Shown: positions 1 through 12,275 of the stretch, in pieces | How the letters are laid out: the number at the start of each line of letters is the position of its first letter | Numbering within the stretch: position 1 is the stretch's first letter | Source of the DNA: Octopus vulgaris | Taxonomy: Eukaryota | Direction of reading: 5' to 3' | Length of the DNA: 64,000 bases | Assembly (NCBI GenBank): GCA_951406725.2 | Contig: OX597824.1 | Coordinates: forward strand, 46,128,001 to 46,192,000 | The notes under the pieces: generated by a model | Database searches by the model: none | What the model was told of the DNA's origin: nothing | What the model saw: only the letters and a program-made list of their open reading frames with translations | Translations under genes and position numbers: made by a program

Positions 1-91
1 AATATATATATATATATATATGTGTATATATATAATGGTATTTATATATATATATAAAATGGTATTTTTTCATAGCGTTTTTCAGATGGCC

Positions 92-154
92 AGATAACCG
101 AAGAGATGGTGTTGTTGTTTTCCACTTCGGCATCCGAAACTCAGAGTTTTATCT
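92..154 (+). ncRNA. Degenerate type I hammerhead motif (U4->C)
   Basis: AGATAA-CCGAAGA-GATG...CATC-C-GAAA-CTCAGAG-TT-TTATCT; stem I has 6 bp; flanked by (TA)n. Confidence 0.55.
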
Positions 155-212
155 TGACTATTGAATAATTGTAACATATTATTATACAGATGTATATAAA
201 TATATACATATG

Positions 213-340
<128 letters not shown>

Positions 341-1490
341 CAGTAGATTCCATTTTATAAATCCACATATTTAATGTATCCAAAATGGGTTTGGACGGAA
401 TTTTTACACATAAAATCTCTCATTTAATAAATCCAAACCATTACTTAAAAAATCGAATTATTACTGCTCCTTCGTAAAGTTTCAACTAGTGGCAGTGAAT
501 GAATGAAGTGCTTATTTTTTCACTTTTAAATACTGACAGGTAGGCTCCAGCAACCACAGCCAGCCAGCTGTCATATGGTACACTCCATCATCCAAAAATA
601 GATCAATAAATATTTAGTAGCTGGTGGTGGCTGCTTGAGTCTACCTCGCAACCCTGTCATTCAAGCGAAAAAGTAAGCTCCAAGACACCTCTTGTCAAAA
701 TTATGGGCCCTTCTTATTCATTGAATGATGGTGTGTACCATGTGACAGCTGGTTGGTTGCAGCTGCTGGACCCTACCTGTCAGTATTTAATAGCGAAAGA
801 AATGCATTATTTGTCATTCACATAGAGAGGCAGACACACACAAGTTGTTCAATATATTCAAAATGAAAAGAGAGAGGCAGGACAAATCCATGGCAGAAAA
901 GATTCAATTGTTAGAATGTTACAAAGCTCTTGGAAAAACAACTCAGTGGGAAACAGCACAGAGTTTTGGAATTTCAAGAGGTCTGCTCCAGAATTTGCTA
1001 AAGAATGAGGATGACCTTCATGCCAAAGAACATGATGGCTGGTTATCAAAGAGAAAGCACCAATGAGAGGGAAAAGACCAACAGATAGACCATGCTCTTT
1101 ATAATTGGTTTCAATTTATTCACTTGAGAAATGTCCCTGTCAATGGCCCGATCCTAATGCACAAAGCCAACACCTTTGCTCAAGCTGCTGGACATGATTT
1201 TAAGGCATCCAAAGGTTGGTTTTACCATTGGTTAAAAAGACGTGGAATCTTTTTTACGGTTCTAAAAGGTAAGTGATGTAGTTCACTAGTTCACATTTTT
1301 CTCTTTAGAGAACAAAAACTAAACATTTTATTCTTTGCAGGTGATGCGGCTGAAGCTGACGTCGACGGAGCCCATCAATTTCATGAGACAACCAAGCAGC
1401 TTCTATTGAAATTGTATAGGCCACAGGACATCTACAATGCTAATGAAACTGGGATCTTCTTTCGTGCTTTACCAGGAAGTACATATGTCT
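341..1490 (+). mobile_element. Tigger/pogo-type DNA transposon 5' remnant (CENP-B-like HTH plus start of the DDE domain); truncated, with one in-frame stop
   Basis: TA|CAGTAG terminus at 341. ATG at 863: MKRERQDKSMAEKIQLL...FGISRGLLQNLLK, TGA at 1064, then ALYNWF...VPVNGPILMHKA...FKASKGWFYHWLKRRGI. After a GT-AG intron (1269-1340): GDAAEAD...YRPQDIYNANETGIFFRALP. Confidence 0.88.
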
Positions 1491-1503
1491 ACTTGAGTTG
1501 TAG

Positions 1504-2249
1504 AAATATATAATATTTCCATTCTACAAATTATACAGCCCAAGTGAAATCGAGAGGAAAATCAGAGAAAAGAATTTTATTGATAAATTCGAACCCAAGC
1601 TAAATAAGCAATAATAATAATACTTAGAGGTACTACTTCTACTGCTACGACCATGACCACTAACAACAACAACAATACTAAAGGTGATCAAGATGAAGCT
1701 AGCAGGAAAATTATCTTATTTAGGGTTAAAAATTCTATTGCCACCACCATCACCACTAGCAACAATAATTAAGGTGCTGACAATGATGATGATGACAATT
1801 GAAATATAAAAATCCCTGACAAAGGCTATTTACATTTCTAAAAATAGCCCAACAATTGCTGCCTCGGCCAGGGTTAAGATACAGGACTCTTGACATGTTC
1901 AACAAAGTGTGATGCCTAAACCAATCAGCTTAAGTAATTGATTGATGCTACACACTGATTGGTCAGAATACAGTTTGCAAAACCTAGCAATCTGGAGCCT
2001 ATACAGGTGTATTTAAGGCACAGATTTAACCATCTCACTACAGTCAAAAATTATGAAGCATAACTGTCACCACTACTACATGAACCTGAAGATTGCATAA
2101 TTTAATGCATGAAAGTACTAGTTCAATCAGAATGAACATTTAACATTCTATTATTTTATATTATTTTATTATATTATATTATATTATACTATATCATTAT
2201 AAGATTGTAAATAAAATGTGAAAATCAGACAAGGCTGGAATTCCTTTTA

Positions 2250-2260
<11 letters not shown>
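1504..2260 (+). mobile_element. Penelope-like retroelement 3' remnant (GIY-YIG endonuclease C-terminus plus HHR-bearing tail)
   Basis: 1504-1614 translates KYIIFPFYKLYSPSEIERKIREKNFIDKFEPKLNKQ*, resembling Penelope GIY-YIG C-termini (R..E..FI..F.P.LN). An HHR motif follows at 2081-2125, then (TA)n. Confidence 0.72.
2081..2125 (+). ncRNA. Minimal type I hammerhead ribozyme motif
   Basis: TGAAC-CTGAAGA-T[TGCAT AATTTA ATGCA]T-GAAA-GTAC-TA-GTTCA. Stem I has 5 bp; stem III is palindromic (AGTACT); there is a U.U mismatch at the base of stem II. Confidence 0.75.
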
Positions 2261-2299
<39 letters not shown>

Positions 2300-2309
2300 A
2301 AATATTTGA

Positions 2310-2568
2310 GCAAGGTCATCGCCAGTGCCGCTGGACTGGCTCCTGTGCAGGTGGCACGTAAAAAGCACCATTTGGGCGTGGCCGTTGCCAGTACCACCAA
2401 ACTGGCCCTTATGCCGGTGGCACGTAAAAGCGCCCACTACACTCTCGGAATGGTTGGCGTTAGGAAGGGCATCCAGCTGTAGAAACTCTGCCAGATCAGA
2501 ATGGAGTCTGGTTCGCAAGACCTCAGTCAAATCGTCCAATCCATGCTAGCATGGAAAGCGGACGTTAA

Positions 2569-2604
<36 letters not shown>

Positions 2605-2870
2605 TATATATATATATATTGTGGAGGTGTGGCTTAGTGGTTAGGGCGTTGGCATTGTGATTGTAAGATTATGGTTTCGATTCCTAGACCAGGCAACATG
2701 TGTTCTTGAGCAAAACACTTCATTTCACGTTGCTCCAGTCCACTCAGCTGGCAAAAATGAGTAACGCTGCGATGGACTGGCGTCCCGTCCAGCTGGGGAA
2801 CACATACACCATTGAATCCGGGAAACTGGGCCCATGAGCCTGGCTAGCCTTTAATAGGGCGCATTTATTT
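2310..2870 (+). mobile_element. Two adjacent SINE-like elements
   Basis: One copy of the GTGGCACGTAAAAAGCACC...GGCGTTAGGAAGGGCATCCAGC family with a (GAT)n tail, then a copy with a tRNA-like head (GTGGCTTAGTGGTTAGG...GGTTTCGATTCC). Confidence 0.75.
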
Positions 2871-3857
2871 TTTATTTATTTATATATATTATGAATTATA
2901 AGCAGCACTAGTGTTGTAAACATTATCGGTCACACATACTCAATGTACATGTGTTTTTCTTGTTTACCAGATTGCTGCAGTACAGCACTCTGGGTACAAC
3001 TCCCACATAGCATAGTCATACACAGGTAAGACAATTCACCTCCAATCCCATCCAGGAGTGAGTGACGGATACCAACATTTTGCCATTTTTGTGGATTATC
3101 AACATCACATACCTGAATCAGAACTGGAGATGAACTGAATCACCGGTTTATGGCTTTATACAAATAATGTAAGAACCATCTGCTGGTATGCTGCAACAAA
3201 AATTATGAATTAAAAATGTTGTAATAATGTTGTAAACATTATTGACTGCATTTACTCAATGTATGTGTTTTGCTTGCTTGCCAGTTCACTGTGGTATAGC
3301 ACTCTGGGGATGACTCCTTCATTGCACTGGGTGTTCAAACAGTTGAAAGTCATAGACAAGCAAGACAATTCACCTCCAGTCCCAACCAGGAGTGATGGAT
3401 ACCAATAACACTGTGCAACAAATTTCAGGTTAAAAAAAAGTACAAGTTAAGTAAGACTTGTTTCTGGGTCAAAAAATTGTCCTGATTCTGATTCTGACCT
3501 TTATTTCTCCAGATTAGGCACTGTTTTCCAGTACTATGAGTCATATGTTTTATAATATACTGCATAATATTGTGTATTGAACACAACATTGCAAATACTG
3601 AAAGTTACAGAAAACAAAACAAAAAATTTAGTTGATATAACAAAACATATATTGATTATGAATATATTTTGCCATTTTTGGGGCTTATCATCAAGATATT
3701 TATACATGTATACACATATATACACGTGTTTCTGTGTGCGTGAGTATTCATATGCAGCCTACAGAAAGAAAGGCCTCAAGCATTGAAGAAGTTCATGGGA
3801 GATGGTTTCTTTGTTTTATTCACATCTTGAAAGCACAAAGCTAATCAAACTACATAA

Positions 3858-3906
<49 letters not shown>

Positions 3907-3914
3907 ATATATAC

Positions 3915-4286
3915 ACATGTAAATAGAGAGAAAACAAAGACAGAAAATATTCAGATGGTGAGTATTCATGCATAAATATATGGATATTTATATATTAACA
4001 GAGCAGATGTACACAGAGTACAAAGGCACAGAAAATGAATGGGAGAAGGTATGGTGTTACAGATCCGGTAGCTGTTTCTGGGGACTTGGAGTTACTTCAA
4101 ACTATTGGCTGGTGTAGTAAAGTAAAGTACATGCAACCAGTAGTGGAAGCATATAAACATTCAGTAAATCCAGTCTCTGTCTTCAGGGTGGAGAGATAGG
4201 CATCTATATATACATATCTATATATTTATACATGAATGTTCACCATCTTTATATTTTCAGTCTCTGTTTTCTCTCTATTTACATGT
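3915..4286. repeat. Inverted-repeat cassette (about 75-bp arms) next to (TA)n
   Basis: ACATGTAAATAGAGAGAAAACAAAGACAGAAAATAT... versus ...ATATTTTCAGTCTCTGTTTTCTCTCTATTTACATGT. Confidence 0.8.
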
Positions 4287-5419
4287 AATTCTATTATTCT
4301 TTTATTTGTTTCAGTCTTTTGATGGTGGCCATGCTGGAGCATGACCTTTAGTCGAACAAATTGACCTCAGGACTTATTCTTTGTAAGCCTAGTACTTATT
4401 TTATCAGTCCCTTTTGTCGAACTGCTAAGTTATGGAGACATAAACACACCAACATCAGTTGTCAAGTGATGGTGGGGGGATGAAAACAGACACACAAATG
4501 TCTGCCAAATCCACTCAAAAGCCTATAGTAGAAGACACTTGCCCAAGGTGCCATGCAGTGGGACTGAACCTGGATTCATGTAGTTGGTAAGCAAACTACT
4601 TACCACACAGCCACTCCTGTGCATATATGCATGTGTATTTTATATATCAAGACCAAGCAATTTATTTGTTTATTTGTATCATTATCTCCATATCTGTTCA
4701 CATGAATTCCTCTTATACCCTACAAACTTAATCCTCAGTAAAGATTTCAGTGCATAAGTTCAAATCATTTGAGCGCAGCTGACTCTATGTATATTCATTT
4801 GAGCGCAGCTGACTCTATGTATATATATATTTATGTATGTGTGCGTGTGTATTTTACACATGTACATGTGTGTTTGTGTGTGTGTGTTCCCATCTTGGAA
4901 TGATTGTAATTAAAAGTCACTCTTCATACAAATGGTGTCATTTTTTACAATCCACCAGTAAAGCATGCCAAGGTTTACATGTATTTACACACACACTCAT
5001 ATATATATGTATCTATCATCATCATCATTTGCTTGGAAATAGGTTACAATTGACTACAGGAAGGGCATCTGACTTAAGAAAAATATAACCTCCACAAAGT
5101 GTGTTTGATGCATGCAAGCATATAAAAATGAACATTAAACAATGGTGATGATGATGGTGGTGGTGGTGGTGATAAATACTTATACATAATGGCGGTGCCC
5201 CAGCATGGCCACAGCTCATGAGCTGAAACTAGAATCAATCAATCATATGTGTGTATGAGTGTGTATGCATGTGTTTGTATATGAGTGAGTGCATCTGTCA
5301 GTGGTGTGGTGTGAAGTGATGTTATAAGATTGAATACATATGTGTGTATGTGTGTGTATGTATTTATGAAAGTATGCATATGTATATACATAAATACATA
5401 CATACATGATGGCCATCCA

Positions 5420-5745
5420 CTCATAACCGAGGAAGACCATTGCTGACCTTTAGGAACATTGGGCACTCTAGGACTAACTTATATTTTGCATTTGTGGCTC
5501 TGTTGGTGGCTAATGAGACCTACTCTTCACAAGCATACACGACTGCAAACATTGCAAACCAAGCTTTCCCCATTCACTACCAGCAGTGTACTTTCGAGCA
5601 GCACACTTAAGTTCTTCCTGCAGAATACATGTTCTCTGAAAGGTGTCGACCCCCTTCTTAACCTGCTTCCTCCATCTGTGGCAATGACAAGCATTGCTCT
5701 CCCAGTCAGTCTCCTGCATATTACAGGCCTTTAATGAGGATTTGA
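5420..5745 (-). mobile_element. RTE (BovB-like) LINE 3' end fragment
   Basis: LKACNMQETDWESNACHCHRWRKQVKKGVDTFQ...KCAARK...CLQSC matches the pattern of RTE ORF C-termini. Confidence 0.6.
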
Positions 5746-5956
5746 CATACATACATGCATACATACATACATACACACATACATGCATGCATGCGTGAAT
5801 GCATGCATACATACATACATACATACATACATACATACATACATACATACATACATACATACATACATACATACATACATACATACATACATACATACAT
5901 ACATACATACATACATACATACATACATACATACATACATACATACATACATACAT
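5745..5956. repeat. (TACA)n microsatellite
   Basis: Long near-perfect ACAT array. Confidence 0.98.
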
Positions 5957-6030
5957 GTATATACGTTTATATACGTTTATATATTTGTTGTGCAAGATTT
6001 TTTTATGTGAAGTCGTGTATTGAAACAGAC

Positions 6031-6372
6031 ATTGTTATATTTCGGAATGGTCATTTTGCCAGTTTAGCCAATAAATAACACTGAAGCAAAGTAACACCAA
6101 ATATATAGTGCATGTGTTTTTATTGGCTAAACTGGCAAAATGACCATTCTGAAATATAACAAATACATGTATATACTTTTTACTAAAGCCCAGAAAATCT
6201 TCACAGATTGTTATTCTGAGTTTCCCATTACTCTTTATCAGGCAGTTATGATCACAACTGTCCAACGAATGGTAATGTGAAAACTGAGTGATCACAACTA
6301 TCTGACAAATCATGATGTGAAACTCTGAGTAACAGTCTGTGAAGATATTTTTGACTTTAATAAAAGCATATT
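6031..6372. repeat. Double-hairpin cassette with degenerate hammerhead copies
   Basis: Inverted repeats at about 6031-6081/6114-6162 and about 6170-6230/6313-6372. GAAACTC(T/A)GA(G/A)TA motifs occur on both strands. Confidence 0.7.
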
Positions 6373-7756
6373 ACTCTGCCTTTGGTATATGAGTACTATT
6401 TTTTACTACTTCAGTTTGCATTTATATGCTTACTTGGGTATATGTGTGTGTATACACATGCGTGTGCACACACACACACAACACACACTCAGAGCTGAGA
6501 TGGACGTCATTATATCGCATCAAGAATCTCTGTCTGTGTTAATTTAATATGTCTTCTGTTTCATATTGTGTATCACTGCCAATAATATCAATGCATTTGA
6601 ATGGTCTTTGTCCTCTATTAAGTTATGGAAGTTTTCAAAATACAACATCCAAGGTGACTTTTGTTGATAGCAGGGACCAGCAGAGCTTCCCTGCATTGAG
6701 AAACATTAGTAATGATTGGCATAATGTATTCATACCTTGCATTCTGTTGTTTACAATGATGAGGGTTCCAGTTGATCTGATCAACAGAACAGCCTGCTTG
6801 GGAAATTAATGAGCAATTGGCTGAGTACTCCACAGACATGTGTACCCTAAATGTAGTCCTCATGGAGATTCAGTGTAACACAGGATGTAACAAGGCTGGG
6901 CCTTTAAAATACAGGTACTGCTCATTTCTGCCAGCTGAGTGGACTGGAGCAATGTGAAATAAAGTGCCTTCCTCCAGGATACAAAACACCATTGGGAATC
7001 GAACTCATGACCTTATGATCATAAGCTGAATACTCCTAACCACTAGCACTATGTGTCTTCACAATGTGTCCATAAACCTTCTCTTTGATTTTGTACTCAT
7101 GCCATGAAATGTTCTGAGCTGTCATAAGGAACCTGGTGTTTGTAGCAACTTGTGAAATTCTTTCTCTATTGTCCAAGTTTCAGTTTCATTGAGAAGAATG
7201 CTCTCTACACATGCCTTGAAGCTGGTCACATGTTGAAACACTTAATTACCCAATGTTTTGAAGCTTGTAGCAGATGGGACCTCATAGTAAGAAAAAGTGA
7301 ATGTATTTCAACAGGTATAAATAGACAGTGGAGTTTGGATTTGCATGGATGCATGTTTGAATCTTGTATTTATCTTGAAATTGATTTTGTCCATACAGAA
7401 ATAATTAACCTTAATGTTGAGTGAGTTGAAGATTTTATGGTATTTGTATATTGATGGGAATTGACAGTTTATTAAAGCTAGGAAATTCCTGGTTATGTTT
7501 GTGGTGATTCCTAGAGTGTATAAGAAAATTCACTCAGATTACATATCTTTTGCAGGTTTTTGTTTGTTATTGGTGGGTGGGACCTTAATCCTATACACTT
7601 GTTTCTCTCTGAAGCTGTTTCTAGCTGGTGCTTCATTGTGGTTGGAGGCTGCTTTATTAAAAATATTCCTGTTCTAGTACAAACTAGAGACTTTTACTAA
7701 TACTGGTTACATGATTCTTAATTATGACCAATAGGAGGTTGGAATTTATTTATAGA

Positions 7757-8111
7757 CTAGCACTATGACCCAGCGTTGCCGGGTTATAGTGCTATTGCAT
7801 GCATATACAGCTGCGTGCATGTGCACATACATGCGAGTAATGTCCAAATCCCCGACTAATCACATACAGCTAGCTATCAAGTTTTGGGCATTTTGATTGC
7901 GTTTTGGATAGAAAATTTTAAAAAAAGTCACTTCTATTGATTTTTTTAATAGCTTTGAGGGGTGACTGGGGAAGTGTAAAGATGTGCACAACCACCGTTG
8001 GACGGTTTTGAATGACCATAGAAAGTGCAAGCCCTCTAACTGAAAAATTGTGGATTTGTATAAAGGATACACACACACAAACAGACATTTTGCCGTTTAT
8101 ATATATAGAGA
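7757..8111 (-). mobile_element. Non-autonomous Helitron-like element
   Basis: On the minus strand: 5' TC start, subterminal GC hairpin (CCCGGCAACGCTGGG), 3' CTAG end, inserted between A and T. Confidence 0.7.
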
Positions 8112-9512
8112 TATAAATATATATGGTATTCTCTTTCAACTTTCTGTCTTTAAGTCTTCTGCTGTGTTGAGAAAGTTAGCTATCATTAAGTGCAAATAGG
8201 TGGGGGTTTTTTTCTCTAGTTTCAGCTCAGAGCTGCAGCCATGCTGATGCACTGCCGTTAAATCCTTTATCGTTTAATCCTTTATCATTCAAATTACTTA
8301 TCAAATGTAAGATAACTTATTCACATTGCTTAGACTAAATCATACATTATTTCATAGCTTCAATATTTCATCGATGTGATTGTTTAATTTTAGAATGACA
8401 TTGCAGAGGAGGTGTGAGAGGCCAGATCTGGCCAGTTTGAACACTGAACAAATAGAATATTTGGGCCAGATATGGCTGGTTTAAATGGTAAATGGTTAAC
8501 TGAATCCTTAAATATTCTTCTTCAAATCCTTTCTATATCTATACATGGTATAGCAATTCATATTACATGAAGTTGCTATGCCATCAGCACTGAGTACCAA
8601 CAGAGTGAATAAGTTTCCCAATAAATATAAATGGCATGTATGGAGTACACTTTTCTTTGGTATGTATGCATAAATATGCACACACACACACATTATTTTT
8701 TAAAATCAATTATGGGTTTATCGAAAAGTCACTATGGGTGGTTTAATGTATTACAGACAAAGTCCTAGTGAAAATTCAGTTGGTTATTCTGGCTTTCTTT
8801 ACTATTTGTTAGTTCTACCCATTATACTTTTTAATATAAACATCTGCCCTGTTAATAATTTAGATCAATCTAAGGCAGCAAGCTGGCAGAATCTGGTGGA
8901 ATTTTGTTGGTCTTTACATTCTGAGTTCAAATTCTGCCAAGGTCAGCTTTACCTTTCATCCTTTCAGGGTCGATAAAATAGGTACAAATTGAACACTGGG
9001 GTTGATGTCATTGACTTACCCACCTCCTCCAAAATTGTTGGTCAATCTTTTCTTTATTAATAATTTTGTACCATAGTATCTTAATATAACCCTACTTTGT
9101 CAAATGTAATGCTTATTTATTCACATTGTTTTGAATTAATAATGCATTATGTCATAGCTTCAAGATTTCAATGATAAGCTTATTTTTAAAATGACATTGT
9201 AGAATGGGTGTGAGAGGCTGGTTCTAGCCACTTTGAACATAAAAGGGGGAAAATATTTAAGCCAAGTACAACTGGTTTAACTGCTAAAGGTATAAATATT
9301 TACTTTGCAAACATTTTAGATCAATCTTTTTCTTTATTAGTAGTCATATGCATAGCATTAAGACTTCTGTGCCATAAAAAAAAAATCATAGTTATTTCAG
9401 TAGAATACTTCTACATTTAAATTCAGTTTCCAGTTCCTTTTATAAATTAATAACTTTTGGTTCTCTCTGAATTTCTTTTGGGGGTGGTGGTGGGGGCTTT
9501 GATTGTTTAATC

Positions 9513-9831
9513 CAGTGGTTCTCAACTTTTTCACAACCAAGGACCCCTTTTATTTAGATGGGTTTTCCTACAGTCCCATTATCCTTATGTATATATATAT
9601 TTACAATTTAAAAATAGGATAAAATCTTTATAAGAATTTATCAAGTAGTTAGCGTGAAAAACCTCATAAAAGAAAAAATCCATCAATTTGGGCCAGATAT
9701 GGCTGGTTTAAATGGGAAATGGTTAACTGGAACTATGTGTTTATTTATTTTGGTAGTTTTGACTTTAAGAGTCCCTCCAAGCATGTGGTATTTATGTATA
9801 GTAATGCTAAAACATTTTTAAGGATTTAAGG

Positions 9832-9870
<39 letters not shown>

Positions 9871-9967
9871 CACATACATATATGAAATTTTGAATTTAGT
9901 TCACAGACGCCCTATACTACCTTTACAGACCACTAGGGGTCTGCGGACCACAGGTTGGGAACCACTG
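9513..9967. mobile_element. hAT (Charlie-like) MITE
   Basis: TIRs CAGTGGTTCTCAAC / GTTGGGAACCACTG; degenerate 8-bp TSD GTTTAATC / GTCGAATC. Confidence 0.75.
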
Positions 9968-11689
9968 GTCGAATCTGTGCCTTCTTTTGTTAACTATATG
10001 AAAATATTCAAGTCATGGAAAAGAATTATCCCCCTTAGATACTAATGTCCCAATACAAATATTTGAGAACAAACACATATCAGATATTATTGACATGTAA
10101 TACAAGAATTATGTTTGTGGAAGGACAAACAGAAATGAAATGCATATGTCTATGCACCATTTCCTCTTTATGGCTCTTTTATTGTTCACTTTTCTGTCTT
10201 GTGTTTTATCATTGTAGAATCCTATAGTAGAAAGGATTATTATTATAACCTTAAATAAAGTGGTGAGCTGGTAGAATTGTTTTATGTCTTGAGACTTTAC
10301 ATTCTGAGTTCAAACTCCACCAAAGTCAATTTTGCCTTTCATCTTTTTCGGGGTCAATAAAATAAGTACCACTTGAGCGCTAGAATTGATGTAATCAACT
10401 AGCTCCACCTACTGCCATGAAATTGCTGGCCCTGTGCCAAAATCTGAAACCATTATTATGACCTCAAATAAATCCGCTCTCACCACGTAACTAAATGACT
10501 GACAGGCACAGGGCCTTACACTTTTAATATATAGAATTTGAGTTGCATCTATGTCCAAGCAGAATATATTTAGTCAAGCAGCAAATACTTGGAAACTGAA
10601 ATCAAACTGACTATAGGGTGAATATGACAAATTCCTAGTTCTTTTACTTTATAAATCTCAATTTCCACAATTAGACAATGAATGTGAGCAAATTGCATAG
10701 AATAAATCTATGGCTCAGTTTTGAGCTACAGAACAAATCTATAGTTCAGCTTTGATCCCTGGCAGAAAGTTTTTCATTTCAATTCATTCATTCTGTGAAT
10801 GCTTTGGAGACCATCAAAACACTTAATTTTCCTTTTTTTATCCAACTTGTATGTAACCTTGTCAAACAGCAACAAACTTAAATAATGAATAATGCAAGCA
10901 TTTCAGATATACACACACACACACACAAACGTAACCAGTAAATTGACAAGAAGTCCAAAATAAGCTGTAAGTATATATTTATTTATAAAAATTCTTTGCA
11001 AAGCAGGTGCCATGCAAGGATATAGCATCGTTTTTTTTGTTTGTTTTTTTTATCAAGATGTCTGCTTCAATATTGGATCACTGGATATATAGTCTTAGGA
11101 TACTGAAATATACAGATATGTTACACCAAGAAGAGGTGGGGGGTTGGGGTCTTTATAGTTACACATCCAATTTTGTTAACAGGTTAAAGAAAACATTTAT
11201 GTCAGATCAATGATTCATCATAAGTGACTGTTGTTGTGAGATTTTCATAAAAGTGTTAAAATAACAGAAATCCTACATAAGAAATTGCATACATTATGTA
11301 AATATATTCAAATTTCAAAAATAAAACAAAATCACATCCTATCAATGCTAGCATGGAAGAAAAAAAATGAATAGAATAAAAGAGAAAGTACTTTCATAAT
11401 TTCAATAAGTTGAAACTGTCATAATGTAGGTGTTTATAAAGTTTTCTGACTTCTTTGTTTTGCTTATTTTGGGGATAATGTTAAAGTAGATGACAAAAGA
11501 GAAAGGTGGGATCTCAAACATTGATTTATTGAGTATTAATATCTTGACCCATTATTTATATTTCCAAATTTTGTAATAGGGATGAAATAAATATAACTCA
11601 AAAGACACCCTGTTCATGTCATATAGTAATTTGTCAAAACGAAAACAATAGCTGATTTCAGCCATTCCAAAATATAATAATAATAATAG

Positions 11690-12275
11690 TTGTTTCAAAT
11701 TTTGGTACAAGGCCACAAGTAGTGTTAGTCAATGCCTTCAATTTGAGTACTAGATTGGTACTTTATTTTAATGACCCCCAAAGGAGTGAATGGCAAAGTT
11801 GACATCAGTGGTCTTTGAACTTGGAACATAAAATGCCAGAACAAATGTTACTAAGCATTTGTTCAATGCACTAGTGATTCTATCTGCTAACCGCCTTAAT
11901 AATGATTTCAAATTTTGGCACAAGGGCAGTTATTTCAGAGAGGGAGTAAGTCAATTACACTGAACCCAGTGCTCAATTGGTACTTATTTTATCAACCCCA
12001 AAAGGGGATGAAAGGCAAAGTTGACCTTGGTGGAATTTGAACTTATAACATTAAGACAGATGAAATGCCACTGAGCTTTCTGCTCAGCATACTAACGATT
12101 TTGCCAGCTCACCCCCTTACTCACTGCCCAAATAATAATAATAGTGTTGTACTTAGGCACAAGGTCCACAATTTTGATGGGAGGTGATTAGTTGCAACTG
12201 TTGACCCCAGTATTTGGTTGAACTCTATTTTATAAGACTCAGGAGGGATAGAAAGCAAAGTTGACATCAGCAAAT
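11690..12275 (-). mobile_element. Cluster of tandem SINE copies (CTTTGCCTTTCATCC...GATAAAATAAGTACCAG family)
   Basis: The same roughly 200-bp unit recurs at about 14500-14710, 15440-15830, 18350-19070, 24630-24820, 31000-32470, 41950-42160 and elsewhere. Confidence 0.8.

Noticed and set aside
2620-2700. tRNA gene
   Set aside because: It has A/B-box-like motifs but no cloverleaf and continues into a SINE body.
4765-4824. 30-bp perfect tandem duplication
   Set aside because: An ordinary slippage duplication with no further structure.
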